A stretch of DNA of 64,000 nucleotides from Candidatus Xenobia bacterium (GCA_045863235.1 BTUM01000034.1:1-64000), one strand, 5' to 3'. Counted from the stretch's first letter, positions 1 through 9,070 are shown. Notes: generated from the letters alone by a model not told the origin. Numbers and translations: made by a program.

Positions 1-60
1 GCGCTGGCCAGGGCGTTGTCCTGAAGGATCTTGCCCCATTCCTGGACGCTCTTGTCTCGC
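1..60 (-). mobile_element. Possible IS21-family IstB (ATPase) C-terminal remnant, running off the window edge
   Basis: A minus-strand frame reads DKSVQEWGKILQDNALAS, resembling the IstB motif SNK-x-x-x-EWG-x-I-x-x-D-x-x-LA-x-AILDRL. No upstream IstB sequence is recognisable. Confidence 0.3.
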
Positions 61-473
61 TCGTGGGCGCAGGTGGGGCAACATGTCAGATCCCTGAAGC
101 CTCCCTTGCTTGGTGCACTAACACTTGGAGATCTTCGCTCGGTGTCTGTATCGCCAGGAATGGCCTGTTCAGGGCACGTGGCCTTTCAAAGAGAGAGGCA
201 AGCCGGGTAAACCTGATCCGGGGGATCGAAATCGGAAAAACTGGGGCCCTCAGGACTTCGAGCCGAGTTTTGAACCTGGACCCATTAGCCCGAACAATGA
301 ACCTGAATCCACTCCAAATGGGCAACCCGGACAGCCTACGAGATATCCTGGTGGTCTGCCCACGCGACCTAATACGCCTGGTTTCCCGAGACCCATCAGG
401 ACGATCCCTGGGCTTCCCCCTAGTGGAACCTTTTTGGGCGTGCCAGACTGATAGGAACTTGAAACCGGTGCCC

Positions 474-1070
474 ATGATTAGGACGATAGACGCAAACTTC
501 TCACCTACTGCAGCCAGATTCATTCGGGAAGCCTGCAAAGTTGCCAAACGAATGAATCAAACCTCGGTATCCATTGAGCATGCCTATCTCGCACTGCTTT
601 CAACGGGCGGCCTAGCTGCAAGAGTCTTACCTTCAGCAGACATCGACGCTACCCACGTTGAATCAGTCATGACGGCAAGAATCGAATCAGGGGTAGGGGA
701 CTTTACGGATGAGTTCCGATACTATCTGGCCACTGCCGAGTTAGCGTCTAAGGCCATAAACCATAGCAAAATTACGTTGCCTGGCCTAATGATAGCACTG
801 TTTAATCCGGCGCTTGGTGCAACTAGTGCACTGGACGTAAATTCCGGAAGCGCAAAGGAGGCGATTCTCTCGGTATTCAAAAAGACCGATTTTACAGAAG
901 TTATGCGCCAGTTTTATGAGCATTTGCCGCTGTTGCTCCGGAAGCCGGGGGACATGGACATCCAGCGTGCGAGTTCAGAGATTCTGGCGATTCGAGGGAT
1001 TTTGGCCGATATCGATCGAAGACTGCTCATGATTGAGCGCACGTTTAATGCCGATGAGATGGATGCCTAA
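474..1070 (+). CDS. Stand-alone Clp N-terminal (Clp-repeat) domain protein
   Basis: From ATG 474: FSPTAARFIREACKVAKRMNQTSVSIEHAYLALL, then a second degenerate repeat (FTDEFRYYLATAELASKAINHSKITLPGLMIAL). The DNA is visibly AT-richer than the rest of the window. Confidence 0.65.
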   Translation: MIRTIDANFSPTAARFIREACKVAKRMNQTSVSIEHAYLALLSTGGLAARVLPSADIDATHVESVMTARIESGVGDFTDEFRYYLATAELASKAINHSKITLPGLMIALFNPALGATSALDVNSGSAKEAILSVFKKTDFTEVMRQFYEHLPLLLRKPGDMDIQRASSEILAIRGILADIDRRLLMIERTFNADEMDA

Positions 1071-1543
1071 GGCCATGGGCAAGAAGTACGGCGTGGACTA
1101 CGTCATCCTGGGCTACCGGGCCGGGGACATGAAGGCCATCCGCCAGATGGGGGCGGGCCTGCACGGTGCCCACCGCACCGACGTCAACGGCACTCCGCTG
1201 GCCCAGCTGCCCATCCTGCGGGGCGTGGGGGATGCCCGAAGCTTTCGCCGGTATCTTCACCGCCACCGACAACAAGACGTTCGAGTGGTACGCCATCGTG
1301 GTGAAAAGCCAGTACGGCGTGCCGGTCTACGGGGCCTCCACCGCGGTAGGAGTGCCCGAGCTCTATTCCTACTACAACGCGGGCCAGATTTCGGGCTTGC
1401 TGGCGGGCCTGCGAGGAGCAGCCGAGTACGAGACGCTGCGCAACGGTCCCGGCAACGCCGAGGCCGGCATGCTGGCCCAATCTACGGTGCACTTTCTGGT
1501 GTGGGCTGATCCTGGTGTCCAACGTCCTTTACTTCAGGGGTAA
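1069..1543 (+). pseudogene. 5'-truncated, frameshifted conserved hypothetical membrane-associated protein
   Basis: Host-like codon usage. Frame 1033 gives GKKYGVDYVILGYRAG...TDVNGTPLAQLPIL, and after ~1230-1245 frame 1166 continues ...STAVGVPELYSYYNAGQISGLLAGLRGAAEYE. There is no proper N-terminus. Confidence 0.6.
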
Positions 1544-2024
1544 AGTAAAAGGCGATGATGGAGCTTTGCCACCATCCCGCCGCCCGCCGCCCCGGCTCCA
1601 ACTACAAATGGGGGAACCAACTTAAACCGGGCTTCTGGAACGTTACCTTTCACGGAAACAGCGTAAAGACGGAACCACTGTTGCGTTCAACGGTAAACTT
1701 GTTGATTCGGCTAATCTAGGCAAGCAATCAAGACAAGTCCAGAGGGCGCGTTTGACAAATCTGTGTCGTTGCCTGGTGCCGAGCGGGCCGCTGGCGCGGC
1801 CCGTTGGTTGGAGGCGGAGGCTCAGCGCGGCGAAGCGCGCGCCCTTTTCTTGAAAAGGGAAGTGGTGAAAACTATGGACGCGCGCTTCTTGGGTGGGCTG
1901 GGTCGTAGCGCGGCCCTTTCTTTTAGCCCCGTCCGGAGACAGGGCCTCGTGGCGGAGGCCACTTGGCCGGCTGCGCCGGCCTTGCACTTCGAAGAGCCGC
2001 AAACCGGGACATCCACTACAGATT

Positions 2025-2567
2025 TCAGAGAAACAGATCGGCGACCTTGCAGTGAAAGCCCTTCAGCACGGGCTCGGCTGTCAGCTCCTGGTCCTGAGCC
2101 AGCAGCTCGACCTCACCATCAGAGCGATAGACCACGACCTGTGCCCGCTCAGGGTAGATAACCCAGACCAGGGTGGCTCCCGACTCGAGATACTGACCGA
2201 CTTTGCGCAGCATCTCGCCGGGCCGATTGCTCTCGCTGATCACCTCGACAACCAGGTCGGGAGCCCCCTCGGGGTGGCAATCGGGGGCCAGTTCCCGGGC
2301 CCGCTCGACGCGAATCACAGCCACATCGGGCCCGCGCAAAGTATCGGGGCCGCGCTGCAGGATGAAGCCCGCATCATTGCTCAGCACCTCACCCTGGCCC
2401 GTAGCCCGGCAGTGGCTCCACAGTAGACCACCCACGTTCATGCAGATGCGGCCGTGCAGACGCTTGGGACGGGTCACGGGGACGAGAATTCCCTCGTCTA
2501 GCTCGAACTCCCCTTCCAGCGAGTCAAGCTCCTCCACCCGATAGAGCCGGCGTTCATCCTGCAGCAT
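2025..2567 (-). CDS. Uma2 (DUF820) family PD-(D/E)xK endonuclease-like protein
   Basis: Motifs ELDEGILV, RGPDVAV, APDLVVEVISES and YLESGATLVWVIYP. Confidence 0.9.
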   Translation of the reverse strand: MLQDERRLYRVEELDSLEGEFELDEGILVPVTRPKRLHGRICMNVGGLLWSHCRATGQGEVLSNDAGFILQRGPDTLRGPDVAVIRVERARELAPDCHPEGAPDLVVEVISESNRPGEMLRKVGQYLESGATLVWVIYPERAQVVVYRSDGEVELLAQDQELTAEPVLKGFHCKVADLFL

Positions 2568-2604
2568 CAGGTTGAGACTTCTGGAAACTGGTTGCGCGCC
2601 CTGC

Positions 2605-2973
2605 TCAGCGCAATTCACGGCCAAAGGGCATCAGGGCCAGTTGCACCAGCTTGAGGTGCTGGCGGGCAAAGGGAATGCCCACGATGGTGATGGCCAGCAA
2701 GACGGCGAAAATCAGGTGGTTCAGAGCCAGAACCCAACCAAAGAGCACCAACCAGACCACGTTCATCAGGAAGTAAAGGGTGGAGCTGGCCGACTCGCTC
2801 ACCACCACCTCCTTGCCAAACGGCCACAGCATCGCGCCCGCCAGTTTCAGGCTCTGGAGGCCGAAAGGGATGCCGATCACGGTCAGGCAAATGGAAAGAC
2901 CGCTGGCGGCGTAGCCGAGAGCCGCGGTCAGGCCTCCGAAGATCAACCAGATGATGTTACCCAGAAAGCTCAA
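2605..2973 (-). CDS. yccF: YccF domain inner-membrane protein
   Basis: Duplicated YccF repeat: GNIIWLIFGG...TVIGIPFG...LWPFG and NVVWLVLFG...TIVGIPFA...LMPFG. Confidence 0.9.
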   Translation of the reverse strand: MSFLGNIIWLIFGGLTAALGYAASGLSICLTVIGIPFGLQSLKLAGAMLWPFGKEVVVSESASSTLYFLMNVVWLVLFGWVLALNHLIFAVLLAITIVGIPFARQHLKLVQLALMPFGRELR

Positions 2974-3152
2974 CGCAAATCACCTCTGCTCAGGTCGCTT
3001 GGTTTCATCGACCCATCATGCATGAAATATAGCAGCGGGATTCATGCAAGAGCCGGGCTCTCCCATCCATCGTACAACCACGACGGGCTGGCATCCCCAT
3101 TGCACAGATCATGCGATCTGCCAACCAGGTGAGTTTCTGGTTCTCTCCAGGC

Positions 3153-5507
3153 CTAACTCGGCGTCAGAGCCGGCTCCGACTTGCGCTTCTCGATGTCCTG
3201 CTCGCGGGGGTTCTTCAGCGCCCTGTGGACGTTCTCGGGCGTGAACGGGAGAGCTCGCATCCGCACCCCGATGGCGTTGAAGATGGCGTTGGACACCGCC
3301 GGGGCGGGGCCGTCGATGGGGATCTCGGCCACCGCCTTGGCCCCGAACGGCCCGTGGGGCTCGTAGGACTCGACCAGGATGCTGGTCATGCGAGGCATGT
3401 CGGTGCTGGCCAGGATCTTGTAGTCGCGGAAGCTGGTGTTGAGGAGCTTGCCCTTGTCGTCGAACACCATCCCCTCGGTCAGAGCGTAGCCCAGGCCCTG
3501 GGTCACGCCGCCCTCGATCTGGCCGGTGGCCCCGTCGGGGTTGATGGCCACGCCGCAGTCGACGCAGGAGACGAACTCGAGCACCTTGACCTGGCCGGTC
3601 TCGGTATCCACCTCCACCTCGGCGAACTGGGCCGCGAAGGGCGGAGGCGAATGGTAGGAAAAGTGCGAGGCGGCCCCCTGAATCTGGAACTGCTCGGACT
3701 GATACAGCGAGTAGAGGGCGATCTCGCTCAGGGTCAGGCTGCGCTCGTTGCCGGCCCAGACGCGACCGTCTCGCAGGGTCAGATTGTCGATGGGCTCCTC
3801 GAGCATGTTGGAGGCCACCGACAGGATCTGATCGCGGCACTGCTCGGCCGCCTTCTTCACGGCCACCCCGGTGATGTAGGTGGTGGACGAGGCGTAAGCG
3901 CCCACGTCGAAGGGTGTGAAGTCGGTATCCGAGGAGTAGACGATCATCTTGTCGGTGGGCACGGTCAGGACCTCGGCCGCAATCTGGGCGAAGACCGTGT
4001 CCGCCCCGGTGCCGATGTCAGTGGCTCCCACCTGCAGGTTGAACGAGCCGTCCTCGTTGATCTTAAGGTAGGCTGCCCCCATGTCGACGCCGGGGATGCC
4101 CGAGCCGTGCATCAGGCAGGCCATGCCCACGCCGCGCTTCTTGCTGCCCTCGGCGGGCGGACGCGAGCGCTTCTTGTCCCAGTCGATGGCCTGCTTGCCT
4201 CGGCGGATACATTCCTCCATCTCGCAGGACAAGATGACCTGCTTGAAGCCGGCCTTGCCCTCGCCGAGCTCCTCCAGGAGCGGGGGCGAATCGCCCACCT
4301 GCACCAGGTTCTTGCGGCGCAGCTCGATGGGGTCCATCCCGAGGGCGTGGGCGACCTCATCGAGGTGCACCTCCTGGGCGAAGAGGCCCTGGGGGGCCCC
4401 GTAGCCGCGAAAGGCGCCAGCCACCGGCAGGTTGGTGTAGACCACCACCGCCTCGAACTCGACGTGGTCGCAACGATAGAGCGGCAGCGACTTGGAGCCG
4501 GTATTGCACTGCACGGTCAGGGCGTGGGAGCCGTAGGCTCCGGTGTTGGCCAGCACCTTCAGAGTCATGGCCGTCAGCTTGCCGTCATTGGTGACGCCGG
4601 TCTTGTAGACCAGCTTCTGCGGATGGCGGGTGCGCGAGGAGCGGAACTCCTCCTCGCGGTTGTACTCCAGGCGCACCGGCCGACGGGTGACCTTGGTGAG
4701 CCAGGCGCAGATGTCCTCGATCAGGATCTCTTGCTTGACCCCGAAGCCGCCCCCGATGCGAGGCTTGATGACGCGGATCTTGGAAACCGGGATCTGGGTC
4801 ACCCGGGCCACGATGCGACGCGCGTGGAAGGGCACCTGGGTGGAGAGGCGGATGGTCAGCCGGTCGTTCTCATCGAAGTAGGTGATCACCACGTGCGGCT
4901 CCAGCGGGCACTGCTGCACGTACTGTACGTGGTAGGTGCCTTCGAAGACTCGGTCGGCCAGCTTGAAACCTTCCTCGGGGTCGCCCACCTTGGCGTGGAT
5001 GTGGGCGGCGATGTTCCTGGAGGGATCGTGGATGCCGGTGGCATCGGGCTCGTCGTGCAGCAGAACCGCCCCGGGCTTCGTGGCATCTTCGGGGTCGAAG
5101 ATGGCGGGCAGCTCCTCGTACTCCACCTCGATCAGCTCTACCGCCTGGCGAGCCAGCTCCGGGGTCTCGGCGGCCACCGCCGCCACCCGGTCGCCCACGA
5201 AGCGCACCCGGCTGTCGAGCACCACGGCGTCATAAGGCGAAGGCTCGGGGTGGCCCTGGCCGGCCGTGGTGTAGGGGATGCGAGGGATGTCCTGATAGGT
5301 CAGCACGGCGTGCACACCCGGCAGGGCGCGCGCCTTGCTCGCGTCGATGCGCTTGATGCGGGCATGGGCCACGGGGCTGAACTTCAGCGCGCCGTAGAGA
5401 AGGCCCCGAATCTCGAAGTCGTCGACGAATGTCCCCTTACCGCAAGCTAGCTTGGCGGCGTCCAGGCGAATCGTCGGCTTCCCGATGATCTGAAAGTCCT
5501 TCTTCAC
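3153..5507 (-). CDS. Xanthine dehydrogenase family molybdopterin-binding large subunit (XdhD/YgfN-like)
   Basis: Motifs IGGGFGVKQ, AFRGYGAPQG, DIGTGADT, GQIEGG and GPFGAKAVAE. RBS AGGAGG precedes the GTG start. Confidence 0.92.
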   Translation of the reverse strand: MKKDFQIIGKPTIRLDAAKLACGKGTFVDDFEIRGLLYGALKFSPVAHARIKRIDASKARALPGVHAVLTYQDIPRIPYTTAGQGHPEPSPYDAVVLDSRVRFVGDRVAAVAAETPELARQAVELIEVEYEELPAIFDPEDATKPGAVLLHDEPDATGIHDPSRNIAAHIHAKVGDPEEGFKLADRVFEGTYHVQYVQQCPLEPHVVITYFDENDRLTIRLSTQVPFHARRIVARVTQIPVSKIRVIKPRIGGGFGVKQEILIEDICAWLTKVTRRPVRLEYNREEEFRSSRTRHPQKLVYKTGVTNDGKLTAMTLKVLANTGAYGSHALTVQCNTGSKSLPLYRCDHVEFEAVVVYTNLPVAGAFRGYGAPQGLFAQEVHLDEVAHALGMDPIELRRKNLVQVGDSPPLLEELGEGKAGFKQVILSCEMEECIRRGKQAIDWDKKRSRPPAEGSKKRGVGMACLMHGSGIPGVDMGAAYLKINEDGSFNLQVGATDIGTGADTVFAQIAAEVLTVPTDKMIVYSSDTDFTPFDVGAYASSTTYITGVAVKKAAEQCRDQILSVASNMLEEPIDNLTLRDGRVWAGNERSLTLSEIALYSLYQSEQFQIQGAASHFSYHSPPPFAAQFAEVEVDTETGQVKVLEFVSCVDCGVAINPDGATGQIEGGVTQGLGYALTEGMVFDDKGKLLNTSFRDYKILASTDMPRMTSILVESYEPHGPFGAKAVAEIPIDGPAPAVSNAIFNAIGVRMRALPFTPENVHRALKNPREQDIEKRKSEPALTPS

Positions 5508-5976
5508 GGTGTCCTCCTTCTTTCATGCGCCGGGCGGCCAGCATGACCGCCTCCACCGGCTTGACGTAGCCCGTGCAGCGGCAGAGCTGGCCGCTCAGGG
5601 CATCGCGCACGTCAGCCTCGGTGGGCTCGAGGTTCTGACTTAACAGCTCGTGGCTGGCCAGCACCATGGCCGGGGTGCAGTAGCCGCACTGCACCGCCCC
5701 GGTCTCCACGAAAGCGGCCTGGATGGGGTGCATCTTCTCGGGGGTGCCCAGCCCCTCGACGGTCACGATGGACTTGCCGTGGGCCTGGGCCGCCAGGTAG
5801 ATGCACGAGTTGATGCTGCGCCCGTCGATGAGCACGGTGCAGGTGCCGCACTCGCCCGTTTCGCAGCCGTGCTTGACCGAGAACACGCCCTCCTTGCGCA
5901 ACAGCTCCATGAGCAGCGTGCCCGGATGCACTTCAAAGGAATGCGCGGCTCCATTGATCGTCAGGTCGATTTTCAT
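5437..5976 (-). CDS. Xanthine dehydrogenase family [2Fe-2S] small subunit
   Basis: Motifs GCETGECGTCTV, QCGYCTP and LCRCTGY. Confidence 0.93.
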   Translation of the reverse strand: MKIDLTINGAAHSFEVHPGTLLMELLRKEGVFSVKHGCETGECGTCTVLIDGRSINSCIYLAAQAHGKSIVTVEGLGTPEKMHPIQAAFVETGAVQCGYCTPAMVLASHELLSQNLEPTEADVRDALSGQLCRCTGYVKPVEAVMLAARRMKEGGHREEGLSDHREADDSPGRRQASLR

Positions 5977-5985
5977 AGCTGCCTC

Positions 5986-6837
5986 CTACGCTCCCCGGCC
6001 CAGGGCCATCAGGGCCCGGCCTACCAGCACAGCGCTCATGTCACGGCGATAATCGGCGCTGGCGCGAAAATCCACCATCGGCTCCACCGTGTCGCTGACC
6101 ACCTTCTTGATTTCCTCGATGGTTTTTCCGTCGAGGGGCCGTCCCTCGAGCTTCTTCTCGGCCTCGGTCAGCCGGCAGGGTACGCGCGAGACCGCTCCCA
6201 CCGCGATGCGGGCCCGCCGGCAGCAGCCATCCTCCAGCTCGATGGTGGCGCCCACGTTGACCAGGGCCTGGTCGACCTGAGTGCGACTGAGCTTGAGGAA
6301 GATCCCCCGGGTGGACTTGGCCACGCGAGGAATGCGCACTTCCTTCAAGATGCCGCGACGGCTCACGGCCGTGGTGCGGTAGTCGAGGAAGAAGTCGTCC
6401 ATGGCCACGGTCTTCTCGCCCTGACTCGTCACCACCACGGCCTCGGCGCCCAGGGCCAGCATGGCCGGGGGAGTGTCGGCGAAGGGCCCTGCTCCGGCCA
6501 GATTGCCGCCGATGGTGGCGGCGTTGCGGATGGGCCGGGGCCAGCCCTCGCAAGTCGAGAGGCTGAGGATCCCGCCCGCCAGAGCGGCCACCTCGGGGCT
6601 GGTGGCCAGCCGCTGCATGGTGGTGGTCGCGCCGATGCGAATGTGGGTTTCATCCTCCTGGACATAGTCGAGCCCAAGGTGGGTGATGTTGACCAGGCAC
6701 CGGATGCCCGGAGGCGGATCGGCCACGATGTCGGTGCCGCCCGCGATAGGCGCGGCCGCGCCCTCGTACTGATTCAGTTTCTCCAGAGCTTGAGCCAGCG
6801 TCTCGGGGAAAAAGACCTCTTCCAGTTGATGGAGCAT
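5986..6837 (-). CDS. Xanthine dehydrogenase family FAD-binding medium subunit
   Basis: Motifs IAGGTD, IRNAATIGGNL and DFRASADYRR. GGAGG RBS precedes ATG 6837. Confidence 0.92.
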   Translation of the reverse strand: MLHQLEEVFFPETLAQALEKLNQYEGAAAPIAGGTDIVADPPPGIRCLVNITHLGLDYVQEDETHIRIGATTTMQRLATSPEVAALAGGILSLSTCEGWPRPIRNAATIGGNLAGAGPFADTPPAMLALGAEAVVVTSQGEKTVAMDDFFLDYRTTAVSRRGILKEVRIPRVAKSTRGIFLKLSRTQVDQALVNVGATIELEDGCCRRARIAVGAVSRVPCRLTEAEKKLEGRPLDGKTIEEIKKVVSDTVEPMVDFRASADYRRDMSAVLVGRALMALGRGA

Positions 6838-6907
6838 AGACCCTCCGCATTGAGATCGGGGGGATATTCTCGCTAGAGCGCAAGACGCCCTCCAGCGTTC
6901 ATTTTTC

Positions 6908-6957
6908 GGAAACCTCCCGGCAGCATTGCGGCAACCACCCGGCAAGGACCTGGCAAC
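6908..6957 (+). promoter_or_regulatory. Five 11-bp-phased direct-repeat boxes (GGCAAC-like), candidate transcription-factor array
   Basis: GGAAAC 6908, GGCAGC 6919, GGCAAC 6930, GGCAAG 6941 and GGCAAC 6952. A -10-like TACCCT follows at 6968. Confidence 0.55.
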
Positions 6958-7010
6958 AGCGCTCGCCTACCCTGAAGGTGCCCGGGACAAAACAAACTCA
7001 GGAGGATGAA

Positions 7011-7370
7011 ATGCCCTTGGAATCAGTTCGCATCTCAAAATCCGAGCCCCCTCCCCGGCGGGGTCTGCTCGGCCTGGTGGGCCCGCCTCGCGGTCCGGCC
7101 GAGTCGATCACTTTGAGCGAGGAATCTCGGCGCAGGGCCGAGCAGATCAGCGATTCGACGAAGCTTCAGAAGGCCGAGCAGCTTCTCGGCCGGCAGCGCC
7201 ATGAGTGGCTCGAGCACTGTCACCGCCAGCAAGAGCATCAGGAAAAACTGCTCAAGCTCCTGCGCGAGGCTCAGGAGGCCTGGCTGGAAGCCTTCCGCCA
7301 GGCCAGAAAAGAGCACGAGCAGGCCGTCGAGCGCGTCAACGCGATGTGGAGCGACTACTTCAGGGCGTAG
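7011..7370 (+). CDS. Hypothetical small coiled-coil protein
   Basis: RBS AGGAGG before ATG 7011. Q/E/R/K-rich helical C-terminal half. Confidence 0.7.
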   Translation: MPLESVRISKSEPPPRRGLLGLVGPPRGPAESITLSEESRRRAEQISDSTKLQKAEQLLGRQRHEWLEHCHRQQEHQEKLLKLLREAQEAWLEAFRQARKEHEQAVERVNAMWSDYFRA

Positions 7371-8754
7371 AGACCGAGTCCATGAAGGAGAAGCCTCCCA
7401 GAACCAGGCCTTCCTTGTTGGCCTGGTCCTTGGTCCGGAGCAGGTAGCCGCCCTCTCGATTGAGGAGCGGCTCGGCTCCGGGCCCGGGGGAAAGGTAGAC
7501 CCCGAAGACGCCCAGCTCGGTAAAGCAAAGGCCGTCCTCCACCTGGCCGTTGACCAGGCGGATGGAGCGGAAGGGCTCTTGCCGGATCATCTCCATCAGG
7601 ATGAAGGCCTCGCTCTCCTCCACCGACAGCGTCTTGAGCTGGGCCACCATCTCGGAGCCGAAGAAGTTGTTGGCCCCACCCTCACGGTGCGGCTTCATGA
7701 CAAAGTCATCGGGGTGGGCGATGGCCAGGTCGCGAGCTTTTCCGAACTGACCGCGCCAGTCGAGCTCGTCCTCCAGGCGGGCAAAGCGCACGAAGGTGCG
7801 CTCGAGCTGCCGGGCCTCCCGGTCGTCGACGAAGCGGCGAAGGGTGGACGGGTCGGCCAGGATGTGCTGGAACTTCTTCATGTTGGCCAGCTGCACCGAA
7901 ACCGAGGGCACCGACACGGCCGAGCTGGCCTCGATCAGCTCGCGGGCCTTCCAGCAGTTGGCCGTGGTGTAGTGGGTGGGGGCATAGCCGATGCGGAAGT
8001 AGGCGATGGCCACCTTGCGCCCTCGGAAGTGGAGGTCGCCGCTTTGCAGGCTGCCTTCCGAGCCGAGCTCGTCGAGCGAGCAGCGCAGCAGGGGAATGCC
8101 GTGGTCCACCACCAATCGGGTTTCGGTGGCTCGCATGTCGAAGATGTTGGGCTCGCCCGGGTCCACGATCCAGAGCAGTACCGAGTCCTTGGAGCCGATC
8201 AGCTTCCAGGCCTGCACGAAGGTATCCACCAGGTCGTCACCTGCGTTGTTGACGTAGAACTGGTCGGCCAGCTCGGTCTCGGCATAGAGGTAGCGGTGCA
8301 TCCGGTTGACCTTGGCCGAGACGACGCCCAGACTGGCCGCCATCAGGTTCATCTCGACCTGTTTGGGCACCACCTCTCCCCCTTCGACGTGGGGCATGCA
8401 ATCGTTGCGGTTGATGAAGAACTCCGGCTTCTCAGGCAACGTCCTGGGCAGGCAGTCGAACAGGCGGGCCACGAAGGGATCCACCTTGCGGGCCGAGGCC
8501 AGCCCTTCGGCCAGGAACTCGCGCTGGGCGCTGACCCGGGCGTAAAGCCGATTGTAGACCGGAGTGATCTCCCGGGTATCCTTCACCATCTGGGGATCGG
8601 CCCGCCAGGGTGAGAGCGACATGGGCAGGGGGACCACCCGGGACAGGTCCTTGGTGTAGCGCACGATACCGTGGGTGTAAGCGAACTGCGTGGCCGCCGG
8701 AGCGAGGCTGGCGGCGAACTCGTAGCATCGGTCTTGGGTGCAGGAGACGCTCAT
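7360..8754 (-). CDS. Glutathione synthetase, eukaryotic-type (GSS/GSH2-like ATP-grasp)
   Basis: 464 aa with INRNDCM, KQVEMNLMAAS, VAIAYFRIGYAP, QLANMKKFQ, FVMKPHREGGANN, FILME, ELGVFG and GYLLRTK. These correspond to eukaryotic GSS motifs (RSDY, QIEINTI, YFRxGY, KPQREGGGNN, ELGIFG, GHLLRTK), not to bacterial GshB. Confidence 0.85.
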   Translation of the reverse strand: MSVSCTQDRCYEFAASLAPAATQFAYTHGIVRYTKDLSRVVPLPMSLSPWRADPQMVKDTREITPVYNRLYARVSAQREFLAEGLASARKVDPFVARLFDCLPRTLPEKPEFFINRNDCMPHVEGGEVVPKQVEMNLMAASLGVVSAKVNRMHRYLYAETELADQFYVNNAGDDLVDTFVQAWKLIGSKDSVLLWIVDPGEPNIFDMRATETRLVVDHGIPLLRCSLDELGSEGSLQSGDLHFRGRKVAIAYFRIGYAPTHYTTANCWKARELIEASSAVSVPSVSVQLANMKKFQHILADPSTLRRFVDDREARQLERTFVRFARLEDELDWRGQFGKARDLAIAHPDDFVMKPHREGGANNFFGSEMVAQLKTLSVEESEAFILMEMIRQEPFRSIRLVNGQVEDGLCFTELGVFGVYLSPGPGAEPLLNREGGYLLRTKDQANKEGLVLGGFSFMDSVSTP

Positions 8755-8812
8755 AGCGGGAATCCCCTTTTCTAAGCACCCGGGAAACCCTTCTAAAGGC
8801 AAGAGCATTGAT

Positions 8813-8845
8813 AAAGAAGGCGTTTCGATCCCTCGAAACGCCTTC
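8813..8845 (-). terminator. Intrinsic terminator of 6S RNA
   Basis: Minus-strand hairpin GAAGGCGTTTCGA-gggA-TCGAAACGCCTTC followed by TTT. Confidence 0.75.
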
Positions 8846-8847
8846 AC

Positions 8848-9035
8848 TGAGAGCGCCCCACCCAGGGGCGGCAAGCCGCTTACCTGAACCTCTCGTTCAG
8901 GGCGGGTACCTCCTGACGTTCCTCAGGACTCCGGCTGAAAGGCCGGCACTCACACAGAGGCCAGTCGGCACCCATTGGATAGACATTGGCTCAGCGCTTG
9001 CCCGCTCGCCCGGAGGGCCGGGTCGTTCGCTCCTC
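8848..9035 (-). ncRNA. ssrS: 6S RNA
   Basis: About 190 nt with long end-to-end pairing (GGCAAGC/GCTTGCC). It carries 6S-like segments CTGAGCCAATG..AATGGG and GGTACCCGCCCTG...GGTTCAG, and lies between a promoter and a terminator. Confidence 0.75.
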
Positions 9036-9041
9036 TGCCCC

Positions 9042-9070
9042 ATCATACACGGCTTGCAGCCCTTTCGCAA
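9042..9070 (-). promoter_or_regulatory. Sigma70-type promoter of 6S RNA
   Basis: TTGCGA (9070-9065), 17 bp spacer, TATGAT (9047-9042). Confidence 0.7.

Noticed and set aside
1741..1762. IS5/IS1182-like terminal inverted repeat (GAGGGCGCGTTTGACAAA)
   Set aside because: No matching opposite end or transposase was found in the window.
2025..2567. Restriction or anti-phage defence system around the Uma2 nuclease
   Set aside because: Uma2 genes are common solo paralogs, and there is no methyltransferase or other defence gene adjacent.
3111..5450. Long antisense ORFs (also 7201-8613, 9648-10949, 25791-28100, 53894-55906, 59566-61809 and others)
   Set aside because: These are shadow ORFs opposite well-supported genes, expected in high-GC DNA, and have no recognisable motifs.
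3153..6837. Aerobic CO dehydrogenase coxMSL
   Set aside because: The gene order is similar, but the large subunit lacks the AYxCSFR/AYxGAGR loop (it has AFRGYG).
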